Of a stretch of 35,247 nucleotides of DNA, positions 8,075 to 16,781 are shown in pieces. The notes below the pieces were generated by a model. It was not told the origin of the DNA. It was given only the letters and a program-made list of their open reading frames with translations, and made no database searches. Within the stretch, counting starts at the first letter, position 1; every line of letters starts with the position of its first letter. A program made the position numbers and the translations under genes. Source of the stretch: a virus (taxonomy: Duplodnaviria; Caudoviricetes); IMG/VR virus record IMGVR_UViG_3300012921_000008, positions 1 to 35,247 of that record. The stretch is one strand, 5' to 3'.

Positions 8075-8095
8075 AAAGGACGGGTAACTATGCCA
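8075..8095 (+). repeat. 21-bp direct repeat AAAGGACGGGTAACTATGCCA, copy 1 (RBS plus start codon)
   Basis: Identical to 8771-8791. Confidence 0.9.
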
Positions 8096-8404
8096 AACCA
8101 CTGGCGACGCTGCTGGGATTGCGAGAATCTGGCAGTCCACGCTGACAACGTCGTGCCTCACGTGCTCTGCACCAAGTGCGGGTCACAAGACACCCGCGCG
8201 CTGAAGCTGAAGCCGTGCCCATTCTGCGGCCAGGCCGCGACGATCCAAAAGGGCGGTGAGCACAACGGCAAGAGTTATTTTTCGGTCGGGTGTGCCGACT
8301 ACAAATGCCGCGGGTGCCACGGGACATGCGCGGCCCCGGAAGAAAAGATGCGTGAAGAAATCTCGGCATGGAACAAACGGGCAAAGGATACTGTGAGTGC
8401 GTAA
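8090..8404 (+). CDS. Lar-family restriction-alleviation-like protein with an extra N-terminal zinc finger
   Basis: LKPCPFCG...YFSVGC...C...EEISAWNKRA, preceded by CWDC...CTKCG. Confidence 0.7.
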   Translation: MPNHWRRCWDCENLAVHADNVVPHVLCTKCGSQDTRALKLKPCPFCGQAATIQKGGEHNGKSYFSVGCADYKCRGCHGTCAAPEEKMREEISAWNKRAKDTVSA

Positions 8405-8783
8405 CATCTCGTGTGCCCTGACGCCTCAGCAGATTCGCAACCGCACCAAGACTGTGACGCGCCGACTTGGTTGGAAGCATGCGAAGCCCGGCGAACTGCT
8501 GTGCATCTGCGAAAAGTGCATGGGCCGCAAGCCGGGTGAACCGCTGGTGAGGCTTGCGATTGTGCGAGTGATCCATGTCCGCCGCGAACCGCTGAATCTG
8601 ATGTCCCTGGCGGAACTGTACGGTGACATTGAAGCGATCCATGAAGGCTTTCCTGACCTAAGTGGCTATGAGTTCGTGAAGATGTTCCAGCAGCACATGG
8701 GCTGCCGTGACTCTGACGAGGTGACACGCATCGAGTTTCGTTATTTGCCTGGAGGAAAGTTTCAGCAAAGAAAGGACGGGTAA
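8397..8783 (+). CDS. ASCH/PUA-like domain protein
   Basis: QIRNRTKTVTRRLGW...KPGE...VRREPL...EGF...EFVKMF...VTRIEFRY pattern. Confidence 0.65.
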   Translation: MRNISCALTPQQIRNRTKTVTRRLGWKHAKPGELLCICEKCMGRKPGEPLVRLAIVRVIHVRREPLNLMSLAELYGDIEAIHEGFPDLSGYEFVKMFQQHMGCRDSDEVTRIEFRYLPGGKFQQRKDG

Positions 8784-8791
8784 CTATGCCA
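8771..8791 (+). repeat. 21-bp direct repeat, copy 2
   Basis: Identical to 8075-8095. Confidence 0.9.
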
Positions 8792-9046
8792 TCGAACCAA
8801 TACACAGATTTTGCATTCCCGGTGCAGCGAGCGATCGAGGAAGACACGCTTGCAAGAGCACTGAGGGCACAACTCGACCTGATGGGCAAGACCGGGGAGA
8901 AGCTCGTCCAGGAGCATCGTGAGCGGGTAGCGGAGGCGCTGCTCACGGCGGGCATCACGCTGATACCGTGCGAGCATCTGCTCGACCATCAATTTGCGGT
9001 CAGCCCCGGCGTGTACGAGGCAGCGAAACGGCAGGTGTCACGATGA
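8786..9046 (+). CDS. Hypothetical protein
   Basis: AAGGA RBS; ATGA overlap with the next gene. Confidence 0.7.
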   Translation: MPSNQYTDFAFPVQRAIEEDTLARALRAQLDLMGKTGEKLVQEHRERVAEALLTAGITLIPCEHLLDHQFAVSPGVYEAAKRQVSR

Positions 9047-9303
9047 GATGCACGATCGTCAAAAGCATCGACGTTGAGGCCGAGGTGGACGTGGACATTG
9101 ACGATCTTTTCGGTGAGCTATTTGACCGCATCGATTCGTCGCTGCCCGAAAGCGTGCGACAACTCCTGCCGTCCTTGGACGTGGCTACCAAGCTCCTGGC
9201 CCGCGTCACAGATGAGCACATCGCCGCAATGCCGCCGAAGGCCAGAGTCGAATTGCTGAAACGTTTGACAGAGCAGGCCAAGCGATACGAGCGAGCACAA
9301 TGA
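9043..9303 (+). CDS. Hypothetical protein
   Basis: ATG 9043 overlaps the previous stop (MRCTIVKSIDVEAEVDV...). Confidence 0.7.
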   Translation: MRCTIVKSIDVEAEVDVDIDDLFGELFDRIDSSLPESVRQLLPSLDVATKLLARVTDEHIAAMPPKARVELLKRLTEQAKRYERAQ

Positions 9304-9518
9304 CAGATCGCGCGAAACTGAGTCGCCTCGGGTGGCTGATGCTGGCAGCAATCCCCGCGCTGCCGTGGGTCCACGCGGCAATCGCGGCACACGGGCCTGC
9401 ATGGATACGCCCCGGGGATTGCACGGTGTCAGCCCTCGATTTGTCGCTGCTGCTGTGCGGGGCCTGGCTGTGCTGTCGCGGCCTGGCGCTGCTGATTGAG
9501 TCTTCTGAAACTCGCTAA
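9300..9518 (+). CDS. Small membrane protein (two hydrophobic segments)
   Basis: ATGA overlap; LGWLMLAAIPALPWV and LSLLLCGAWLCC segments. Confidence 0.55.
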   Translation: MTDRAKLSRLGWLMLAAIPALPWVHAAIAAHGPAWIRPGDCTVSALDLSLLLCGAWLCCRGLALLIESSETR

Positions 9519-9525
9519 CCAACTA

Positions 9526-9963
9526 TCAGCGATCTTTCGCTGTTGTAGACGAGGATCGAAAATGAGGGTTGCCAACCCTCCGCTCTCGACTCCATTTGAG
9601 ATTGGCCTTCAGCCGGTCTCTCAGGGCACCATCCCTAAGGCTTTGCTTCAGAACGTAATCAGAGGCACCCGCCGCGATTGCTTCGACGACCACATCACGA
9701 TCGGAATTTGCCGTCAACATAACAATTGGCACATTCTGCATCTTCGGCACAGACCGGAATTGAGTCAGTGTGTACAGTCCCGTCCAGCCAGGCATCTCCA
9801 TGTCAAGCAACACGCATTCAGGAGTGAAGGCTTTGAGCAATTCGAGCGCTTGCTCGCCAGATTCAGCTTCGATCACCAGGAATTGTTCTCGGAGCGTCAT
9901 CGAGACCAGCCGCCGAAAGCAACGATCGTCATCCACCAGCAGAACGCGGTGTCGTTCGAGCAT
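9526..9963 (-). CDS. Single-domain response regulator (REC/CheY-like)
   Basis: VLLVDDD, VLLDMEMPG (phospho-acceptor Asp), IVMLTA, AGASDYVLK. Confidence 0.88.
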   Translation of the reverse strand: MLERHRVLLVDDDRCFRRLVSMTLREQFLVIEAESGEQALELLKAFTPECVLLDMEMPGWTGLYTLTQFRSVPKMQNVPIVMLTANSDRDVVVEAIAAGASDYVLKQSLRDGALRDRLKANLKWSRERRVGNPHFRSSSTTAKDR

Positions 9964-10146
9964 GTCTGTGAGTTTCTGAGCGAATGTGAGGTAGGGACAG
10001 ATACCGAAGCATATGCGACGAATCCCGTAGTGAGCTGCGGGGATGTTAAAAATCCGTGAGAACAGCAAACGGGAGGAGAGCAGAGACCTTACAGACGACA
10101 GCGGTGGGCACGGTCGTTGCATTGGCGAACGACTGCTAACGGATTG

Positions 10147-10311
10147 TCATTTGCCCTGCTCATGTGAGCGTGCCAGTAACTCCAAGAAGGGCTTCAGCCA
10201 TTGGCTGATCACTTCGTTCACCGGCTGCTGACGGGCTGCTGCGTGCTTCCGCAGGGCGATCTTTTCTGACCGGGTGAGGCGAATGGTCAACGGGTCTTTG
10301 TTCGAGGGCAT
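10147..10311 (-). CDS. Ribbon-helix-helix (CopG/Arc-like) DNA-binding protein
   Basis: 54 aa, PLTIRLTRSEKIALRKHAAARQQPVNEVISQWL; AAGGA RBS on the minus strand. Confidence 0.7.
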   Translation of the reverse strand: MPSNKDPLTIRLTRSEKIALRKHAAARQQPVNEVISQWLKPFLELLARSHEQGK

Positions 10312-10323
10312 GGCAAATCGTCC

Positions 10324-10347
10324 TTGACAAGGTCTGGGTGCATCACC
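10324..10347 (+). promoter_or_regulatory. Putative late promoter/operator, copy 1 (TTGACAAGGTCTGGGTGCATCACC)
   Basis: 20 of 24 bases match 13910-13933; starts with a -35-like TTGACA; lies in the divergent intergenic region. Confidence 0.55.
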
Positions 10348-10442
10348 CCACATAGCCGTTGTCGATCGGCCACCCGCTCCCTGGGTGGTGGCGGGCAGCG
10401 GCAAGGACGCCGCGTGCCCGCTTCTCTTTCTGAAGCGGCGGC

Positions 10443-11234
10443 ATGTTAGCACAACGCAAAAAACCTGCCGAGCCACCAGCGCCTAAAGGTACTTCCCACG
10501 AGTTGAAATCCGATACCTTACGTGGGGAACGGCAGGCGCTACACACTTTCTTGCCGGTGCCCGCGACGCTCACGGTTTCCCGAAATCCTCTGCTCTCGCA
10601 GCATGAAGTGACCAAGGTCGACGTGTCGGAGATCGAAGCGGCCACAGTCTTTACGCGATCGCGGCCGACGAAAAAACGCGAACTCCGCGACTTGCGGCAG
10701 AAACAGAACGCCGCGGCGGCGATCGCCGAATTGACCCGCGACGTCGAAATCTACGGGTTCACGAAAGGCCAGTTCGGTCTGCTGCAACTGACCGAGGCGC
10801 TGCTCGATGTGATCGGCCCGGCCCACGTTTCACTGTCGACCTGGACTGCGGCCCGCCACGAAATCCAGTCGATGGCAAAACTCGTGCAGGCCGGGAAGTT
10901 GACCGGCATGCGATGGCTGATCGATTTCACGTTCTCCCGCCGCGACCCCGAAGCGGCCCACCAGATCCGGCAGACCTTCGGCCTGGACTGCATCCGCGTC
11001 GCGCAGACCCACGCCAAGTTCGCGTTGTTCGAGAACGCGGACTGGCAGGTAGTGTTACGCACGTCGATGAATCTCAACATGAATCCCCGGTTCGAGGATT
11101 TCACCATTGCCCACGACATCGAGTTGGCCGCGTTTCTGCGAGCTCTGCTCGATGACATCTGGACCCGGCAGAAACGGAGCCTTGCCGATGCCGCAGGACG
11201 AGACCAGCGCCAGCACTTCGCTCGCGACCTGTGA
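10443..11234 (+). CDS. Phospholipase-D-like (HxK) domain protein; start uncertain
   Basis: THAKFALF...VLRTSMNLN resembles the HKD/GSxN motif. Confidence 0.65.
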   Translation: MLAQRKKPAEPPAPKGTSHELKSDTLRGERQALHTFLPVPATLTVSRNPLLSQHEVTKVDVSEIEAATVFTRSRPTKKRELRDLRQKQNAAAAIAELTRDVEIYGFTKGQFGLLQLTEALLDVIGPAHVSLSTWTAARHEIQSMAKLVQAGKLTGMRWLIDFTFSRRDPEAAHQIRQTFGLDCIRVAQTHAKFALFENADWQVVLRTSMNLNMNPRFEDFTIAHDIELAAFLRALLDDIWTRQKRSLADAAGRDQRQHFARDL

Positions 11235-11517
11235 CGACGCCACAGCCGTCGAACAGGTCGCCAAGTGGATTCTGACCGGTGCCCGCGATGCCGACGTCCT
11301 GGAAGCGATTGCGGCCACCTGGCCGGAACGGGACGCCCTAGCCCTGGTGATGCAGGCCATCACTCAACTGAAGGCGTCGGCCAACGTCGACCGTGACACG
11401 GTGCGGGGTTTCGTGTTTGAGGCCCGGAAAGACCTGTACCGGCAGATGCGGGAGATCGGCGATTTCGCGGGAGCACTGCGTGCCCTGAAAGACATCTCAG
11501 CGGACCTGGCTGTATGA
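11188..11517 (+). CDS. Putative terminase small subunit
   Basis: Helical 109-aa ORF with GGAG RBS, ATGA-coupled to TerL; call is positional. Confidence 0.5.
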   Translation: MPQDETSASTSLATCDDATAVEQVAKWILTGARDADVLEAIAATWPERDALALVMQAITQLKASANVDRDTVRGFVFEARKDLYRQMREIGDFAGALRALKDISADLAV

Positions 11518-13619
11518 GTTTCTTCGCCAAGGACGGTCAGGCGGGCACGGCAGCCCCCGATGATCAATACGCAGGCCAGGGTGGCAAGCGTGCCCGTGAA
11601 GCCCAGCGGCAGCGCGAGAAGTCGGTGAACGCTCGGGACATCGCGGCCGACTTTCCCGAAGTGCAGGATGCCGAACGCCGCGCGAAGGCCAAGGCCTCGC
11701 TGCAATTCTTTTGCGACAACTACGGCAAGACTACATTTGCGCTGCCCTGGTCGGCGGATCACCTGGACGTGATTCGGGCCATCGAAGCGGCGGTGACGTC
11801 TGGCGGCCAAATCGCACTGGCGATGCCCCGTGGGTCGGGTAAGACCTCGATCGTGTTGTGGGCCTGCATCTGGGCCATCCTCAACGGCCTGCAACGCTAC
11901 ATCGTCCTGATTGGTGCCACGCAGGAGGCGGCGAAGGCACTCCTGCAATCGATCAAGGATGAGCTTGAAACGAACGAAATGCTGTTAGCGGACTATCCCG
12001 AGGTCTGCTACCCGATCGTGCGTTTAGAGGGCATCACCCAGCGGCGGCTGTTGTTCAACGGCTCGCCGATCAAGATGACCTTCACCAAGACGAAGATCGT
12101 CCTGCCGAATGTCCCCGGCAGTGAGACGTCGGGCTCGGTGATCGGTGTCGCGGGTCTGACGGGAGCACTCCGCGGACTGAATCATCGGTTGCCCAACGGC
12201 GAACGCATCCGACCAGGCATGGTGCTCCTGGATGACCCGCAGACCGACGACTCGGCCACCAGTCCCGCCCAATGCGATAAGCGTGAACGCCTGGTGGCCG
12301 GGGCGGTGCTCGGCCTGGCCGGGCCGGGGCTGCGGATCGCCGCCGTGATGGCCTGCACCGTGATCGCCCCCAACGATCTCTCCGAGCGGTTCCTGGATCA
12401 TGACAAGCATCCCGAGTGGCACGGTCGACGCACGGCGCTGTTGAAGAAGTTTCCGAAGCTGGAAGGGGTGCAACTCGAAACGATTCTCGAATACGCCGAA
12501 GTCCGTTCCAAAGGTCTCGAAACTGACGACGATGGCGCTGCCGCCAACAAGTTCTATCGATCGCATCGCAAGGTGATCGAAGCGGGGTTTGAGGCCTCAT
12601 GGCCGGCACGGAAGCTGGCCAACGAGGTTTCGGCCATTCAGCACGCGCTGAACCTCTACCTGACCGACAAGTTCGCCTTCTTCGCCGAATACCAGAACGA
12701 CCCCGCTGCCGGTGAGACCGAAGACGGCACGCTGACCCCGACGTTGATCCTGACCCGCACGCATGGGTACGACCGCCGCATGGTGCCCCCGGGGGTGGTC
12801 TGCCTCACGGCCGGCATCGACGTCCAGGGCGAACTGTTGTACTGGGCGGTGGTGGCGTGGGAAGCGAATTTCACCGGGTACGTGATCGATTACGGTTCCT
12901 ACCCCGATCAGAAGCGGCCTTATTTCACCTATGCCGACGCCCGCAAAACGCTCTCCCGCGAATTCAAAGGGGCGAGCATCGAAGCCCGGCTGTATCAGGG
13001 CCTGGTGCAACTCGGCACGCAACTCGTCACGCGCGACTGGCTCAAGCCCGATCGGGAGACACTCCGCATCGAACGGACGTTGGTCGATTCCGGGTATCAG
13101 GCCGAGACGGTGCGAAAGTATGTCGCGGAGTCAGGAAACCTGCGTCCGCATTTGATGCCGTCGAAAGGCTGGGGGAAGCCGATGCGACCGGCGAGCAACA
13201 ACCGCATCGAGCAGGGACCGGGCTGGCAGATTCCCCCCGTGGCTCGCGGCCGCGTGGTCAGGGAGTGCAACTACGAATCGTCGCTGTGGACGACCTTTGT
13301 CCGCAACCGGCTGTTGTCACTGCCTGGTCAACGCGGCTCACTGACGTTTTGGGAAGAGTCTCCCACGCCGCACAAGATGATCGCGGACCATTGCGACGCG
13401 GAAGTGAAAGTCGGGGTGACGATCGACAGCCAGGGCGGTCGGCATGACGTCTACGACCTGAAGCCAGGGCGTCCCGACAACCATCTGTGGGACTGCGTGA
13501 AGATGGCCGCAGTGGCTGCATCGACGACGCGAAAAGTGAAGTTTGAGCTCTCGGATAATCCCCGCGCGAAGAAGCCGCGAAAGCGGGGCACCAAAGTCTA
13601 CGAACTGAAGGAGGACTAA
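11514..13619 (+). CDS. terL: Terminase large subunit (GpA-like C-terminal nuclease)
   Basis: Walker A MPRGSGKTS, Walker B VLLDD, nuclease LTAGIDVQ, LVDSGY and DNHLWDC motifs. Confidence 0.93.
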   Translation: MSFFAKDGQAGTAAPDDQYAGQGGKRAREAQRQREKSVNARDIAADFPEVQDAERRAKAKASLQFFCDNYGKTTFALPWSADHLDVIRAIEAAVTSGGQIALAMPRGSGKTSIVLWACIWAILNGLQRYIVLIGATQEAAKALLQSIKDELETNEMLLADYPEVCYPIVRLEGITQRRLLFNGSPIKMTFTKTKIVLPNVPGSETSGSVIGVAGLTGALRGLNHRLPNGERIRPGMVLLDDPQTDDSATSPAQCDKRERLVAGAVLGLAGPGLRIAAVMACTVIAPNDLSERFLDHDKHPEWHGRRTALLKKFPKLEGVQLETILEYAEVRSKGLETDDDGAAANKFYRSHRKVIEAGFEASWPARKLANEVSAIQHALNLYLTDKFAFFAEYQNDPAAGETEDGTLTPTLILTRTHGYDRRMVPPGVVCLTAGIDVQGELLYWAVVAWEANFTGYVIDYGSYPDQKRPYFTYADARKTLSREFKGASIEARLYQGLVQLGTQLVTRDWLKPDRETLRIERTLVDSGYQAETVRKYVAESGNLRPHLMPSKGWGKPMRPASNNRIEQGPGWQIPPVARGRVVRECNYESSLWTTFVRNRLLSLPGQRGSLTFWEESPTPHKMIADHCDAEVKVGVTIDSQGGRHDVYDLKPGRPDNHLWDCVKMAAVAASTTRKVKFELSDNPRAKKPRKRGTKVYELKED

Positions 13620-13621
13620 GC

Positions 13622-13867
13622 ATGGCTAAAGGACGACCTGCAGGCGCTGAGAACATCCAGGCGCAAACCGTCAGCAAGCTCTCCCGGTGCATCGCCCCCG
13701 GTTGCGAGAGCACGGAACGCAAGGTGCTCGGGACCACCGAACAAGAGTACGAAGGTCTCGACGACGAGGGGCAACGCTACACCCACATCGTGCGGCGACG
13801 GGTGCAGTGTTCCGCCTGTGGACAGGTGCGGATTGACCGGGAATTGGCCTGCCGAGCCAAGAAATAA
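13622..13867 (+). CDS. Small zinc-ribbon protein
   Basis: CIAPGC...RRRVQCSACG; GGAGGA RBS. Confidence 0.7.
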   Translation: MAKGRPAGAENIQAQTVSKLSRCIAPGCESTERKVLGTTEQEYEGLDDEGQRYTHIVRRRVQCSACGQVRIDRELACRAKK

Positions 13868-13882
13868 GCAGGCCCTGCTTTT
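13866..13882 (+). terminator. Short hairpin with T-tail (AAGCAGG-C-CCTGCTT-TT)
   Basis: Inverted repeat at the stop codon, just upstream of the second promoter-like motif. Confidence 0.4.
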
Positions 13883-13909
13883 CCGGTCAGAATTTTGGGT
13901 GGTTTGCTC

Positions 13910-13933
13910 TTGCCAGAGTCCGGGTGCATCACC
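13910..13933 (+). promoter_or_regulatory. Putative late promoter/operator, copy 2 (TTGCCAGAGTCCGGGTGCATCACC)
   Basis: Near-copy of 10324-10347, 13 nt upstream of ATG 13947, which has no RBS. Confidence 0.55.
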
Positions 13934-13946
13934 GCCTATTTCCGGG

Positions 13947-14159
13947 ATGAGCGACCCCGAGCCCACTACCGCTGAAACGAACCTGGCCAAGATTGAGGCG
14001 TTGATCGCCGCCAATCCCGGCGTGACGCGCGTCGTGGTCGACGGGGTCGATACGACCTTTGCGGACCTGATCGCCCAGCGGAAGTACTGGCAGCGTGAGG
14101 TCAACATGGAGCAAGGCAAGCGCTCCACGATCGTCCATGTCGACCTGAGTTGTTTCTAA
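13947..14159 (+). CDS. gpW-like head completion/adaptor protein
   Basis: 70 aa, helix-VVVDG-hairpin-helix pattern, located between TerL and portal as in lambda-type heads. Confidence 0.6.
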   Translation: MSDPEPTTAETNLAKIEALIAANPGVTRVVVDGVDTTFADLIAQRKYWQREVNMEQGKRSTIVHVDLSCF

Positions 14160-14180
14160 CCGACCCCGGAGACCTGCACC

Positions 14181-15662
14181 GTGTCGGTACAACTCAGCGA
14201 ACTCACCAGCAGCATCGGCTTCGGCTATGGCCAAGGCGGGTCCACGGGTACACAACTCGCCGCGCGAGCCGAGTTGTTTGGCTTCGGTTATGACGCCGTG
14301 TCCAACAAGGGACGCCGCAAGCCCCCGGACGGCGTGCTCCGCAGTGAAGATGCGGAGTTAAACCGCACCGAGCGCCGCAAGCTGACGTCGGGCACGCGGG
14401 ACATCCATCGGAACTTTGCCATCGCTCAATGGATGATCCGCAAACACCTGGACTACGTGACCACGTTTCGTTTCCAACCGAAGGGGCCGCATGCCGACTG
14501 GCTCGCGGCCAAAGTGCGGGAATGGTCGAAGCCGGAACACTTCGACATTGCGGGACGCCATCACCGCCGGATGTTCTTCCGCCTGCTCGAAGCGCGGCGA
14601 ATCATCGATGGCGACTGTGGCATGGCCAAGATTTTGACCGGCCACGTGCAGGCCATCGAAGGGGACCGCATCTGCACGCCCTACGGTGGCCCGCCACCAG
14701 GTGTGCCGATCGACCGCGTAATTCACGGCGTGCAGGTCAACGACGTGGGCAAGGCCGAGGCCTACAGCATCTGTAAGCGTGGTCGGGTGACCGACTGGGG
14801 CCAACAGGGGATCGACCTGAAGTTCGAGCGGATGATTCCCGCTCAGCACATGTGGCTGCATGCCCGCTTTGACCGCTTTGACCAGGTGCGGGGGATCAGC
14901 CCGATTGCGTGTGCCCTCAACGATCTGCGGGACACCTATGAATCGTTGGAATACATCCGCATGCGGATGAAGCTGCAGCAGTTGTTCGGCCTGGTGCTCT
15001 ATCGGGGTGACCCGCAGTCCATCACGCGCGAATCCGACGCAGAAAGCGACTACGAAACCCAGAACTACGGCGAGACGATTCGCCTGAACGGGACGAAGAT
15101 TCTAGACCTCGACATCGGCGACCGGGCCGAGTTCCTGGAATCGAAGGCCCCGGCGAACGAGACCCAACAGTTCATTGACCAGTTGGTAGGGATCACGCTG
15201 AAGTGCCTCGATATCCCGTTCTCGTTCTTCAAAGAGAACTTCTCCAACTACTCCGGATCACGGCAGGCCCTGCTGCAATACGAGCAGAGTGCCAGCCACA
15301 CCCGCAGTGAAAACATTGACCTGTCCGACGACTGGCTCGATTGGCGGTTGGGCATTGCGGAATTGCAAGGGGACTGGCCCGAGGGAGCCCGCCGTTCGGA
15401 CTTCTGGTGGCTGTGGATTCCGGCCGGGATGCCCTGGATCGATCCCCTCAAAGAGATCAGCGCCGAAGTTGAAGCGCTCAATGCGCAGCTCACAAGTCGG
15501 CAACGCATCTGCCGCGAACGCGGCCAGGACTTTTACCAGGTGGCCGACGAACTCAAAGAGGAACGGGACTACCTGGAATCGATCGGTCTCACGACTGACA
15601 CCACCCCCAACGCCGATTTGAACTCGGCTCTACTGGCAGCAGGAGCACGCGACGATGCCTAA
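14181..15662 (+). CDS. Portal protein, lambda family
   Basis: RDIHRN, DQVRGISP, NYSGSRQALL, WIDPLKE motifs. Confidence 0.92.
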   Translation: MSVQLSELTSSIGFGYGQGGSTGTQLAARAELFGFGYDAVSNKGRRKPPDGVLRSEDAELNRTERRKLTSGTRDIHRNFAIAQWMIRKHLDYVTTFRFQPKGPHADWLAAKVREWSKPEHFDIAGRHHRRMFFRLLEARRIIDGDCGMAKILTGHVQAIEGDRICTPYGGPPPGVPIDRVIHGVQVNDVGKAEAYSICKRGRVTDWGQQGIDLKFERMIPAQHMWLHARFDRFDQVRGISPIACALNDLRDTYESLEYIRMRMKLQQLFGLVLYRGDPQSITRESDAESDYETQNYGETIRLNGTKILDLDIGDRAEFLESKAPANETQQFIDQLVGITLKCLDIPFSFFKENFSNYSGSRQALLQYEQSASHTRSENIDLSDDWLDWRLGIAELQGDWPEGARRSDFWWLWIPAGMPWIDPLKEISAEVEALNAQLTSRQRICRERGQDFYQVADELKEERDYLESIGLTTDTTPNADLNSALLAAGARDDA

Positions 15663-16734
15663 AACGAAGATCACCGGCAAGCCCCCACGCCAGGCGTTCC
15701 GCTTCGCGGCCCAGGTGCAGATCGGCCGGGGTGCAAAGTTCTCCGACGTCCCCAAGACCGAAGGGGAGATGGATGACGCCCCGAAACCCGAGGGCGAGCT
15801 CGACGACAGTCCGGAGAAGCCGCCGCAAGAGATGGACGACAGCCCGCCCAGCGAGCCAACGCCGGAGGATCCCAAACCCGCCGAGATGGCGGACGAAAGC
15901 GTGCAGCCGATCAACGTTCTCGCCCGCACCGGCGGTGTGGCGGATCAACTGTTCTGGGGCCGCTGCGTCCACGACTTCGCGGGGATGCAGGCCCCGTCGG
16001 TGATCACGATCGATTATTGCCATGACCCGATGCAGGTGATCGGTGTCGGCGATGGGATCAAGGTCGATGCCGGAGCCCTGTCGATCAGTGGCAAACTCAT
16101 CTCGTGTGCTCTAGGCGACCGGGCCTCGGAAGTGATGAAGCGTTCCAAGCTCGGTACCCCCTATCAGGCCTCGATCCTGATGGGCTGGAACGATTACACG
16201 CTGGAAGAAATCGCCGCCGGGGAAACGGCCGAGGTCAACGGCCAGCAAATCGCCGGGCCGGTGGCCATCTTCCGCAAATGGTCACTCCGCGGCCTGGCGG
16301 TTTGCCCGTATGGTTCCGATGCCGGAACGTCGATCGGCTTCGAGGGGGAGACGCCCCCCGAAGCGGAATTGAACGACGAACCGACGCCGGAAACGGCTCT
16401 CAATGATGACCCCAACGCGAAGCCGGAAGGGGAACTCGATGACGAACCCGCCGGGGGGGAAGTCTATCTCGAGGAGTTCGGCGACCGCGGCGGCATCTAC
16501 TTCGCCAAGGGCTTCAGTCTCACCAAGGCCCGGCAACAATTCGCGGCCGATCTGGCAGCAGAGAACAAGGCCCTGAAGGGCGACCTGTTGAAGGCCAAGG
16601 GGCAATTGAGCGCGGGCACCACCCCCGTCACGTTCCAGTCGGCCGAGCCACACACGCCGGGAGTGAATGCCACTCCCAATCTGTCCCCCAACATGTCCCG
16701 GTTCGCGCTGGGACTCAAGATTCCCAAGCGTTAA
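15655..16734 (+). CDS. Prohead protease/scaffold protein
   Basis: Between portal and capsid; IDYCHD, YQASI and LAVCPYGSD motifs; acidic Pro-rich flanks. Confidence 0.75.
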   Translation: MPKTKITGKPPRQAFRFAAQVQIGRGAKFSDVPKTEGEMDDAPKPEGELDDSPEKPPQEMDDSPPSEPTPEDPKPAEMADESVQPINVLARTGGVADQLFWGRCVHDFAGMQAPSVITIDYCHDPMQVIGVGDGIKVDAGALSISGKLISCALGDRASEVMKRSKLGTPYQASILMGWNDYTLEEIAAGETAEVNGQQIAGPVAIFRKWSLRGLAVCPYGSDAGTSIGFEGETPPEAELNDEPTPETALNDDPNAKPEGELDDEPAGGEVYLEEFGDRGGIYFAKGFSLTKARQQFAADLAAENKALKGDLLKAKGQLSAGTTPVTFQSAEPHTPGVNATPNLSPNMSRFALGLKIPKR

Positions 16735-16781
16735 CCCTGCGGCCCGACCGCGTTTCCTACTTCCACTGAAAGGATTCGATC

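Noticed and set aside
14181-14295. Short duplication at the portal N-terminus (QL...GFGYG / QL...GFGYD) with an ACAACTCG/CGAGTTGT stem
   Set aside because: Real but short and degenerate, in a typically variable N-terminus with an uncertain start; no function can be supported
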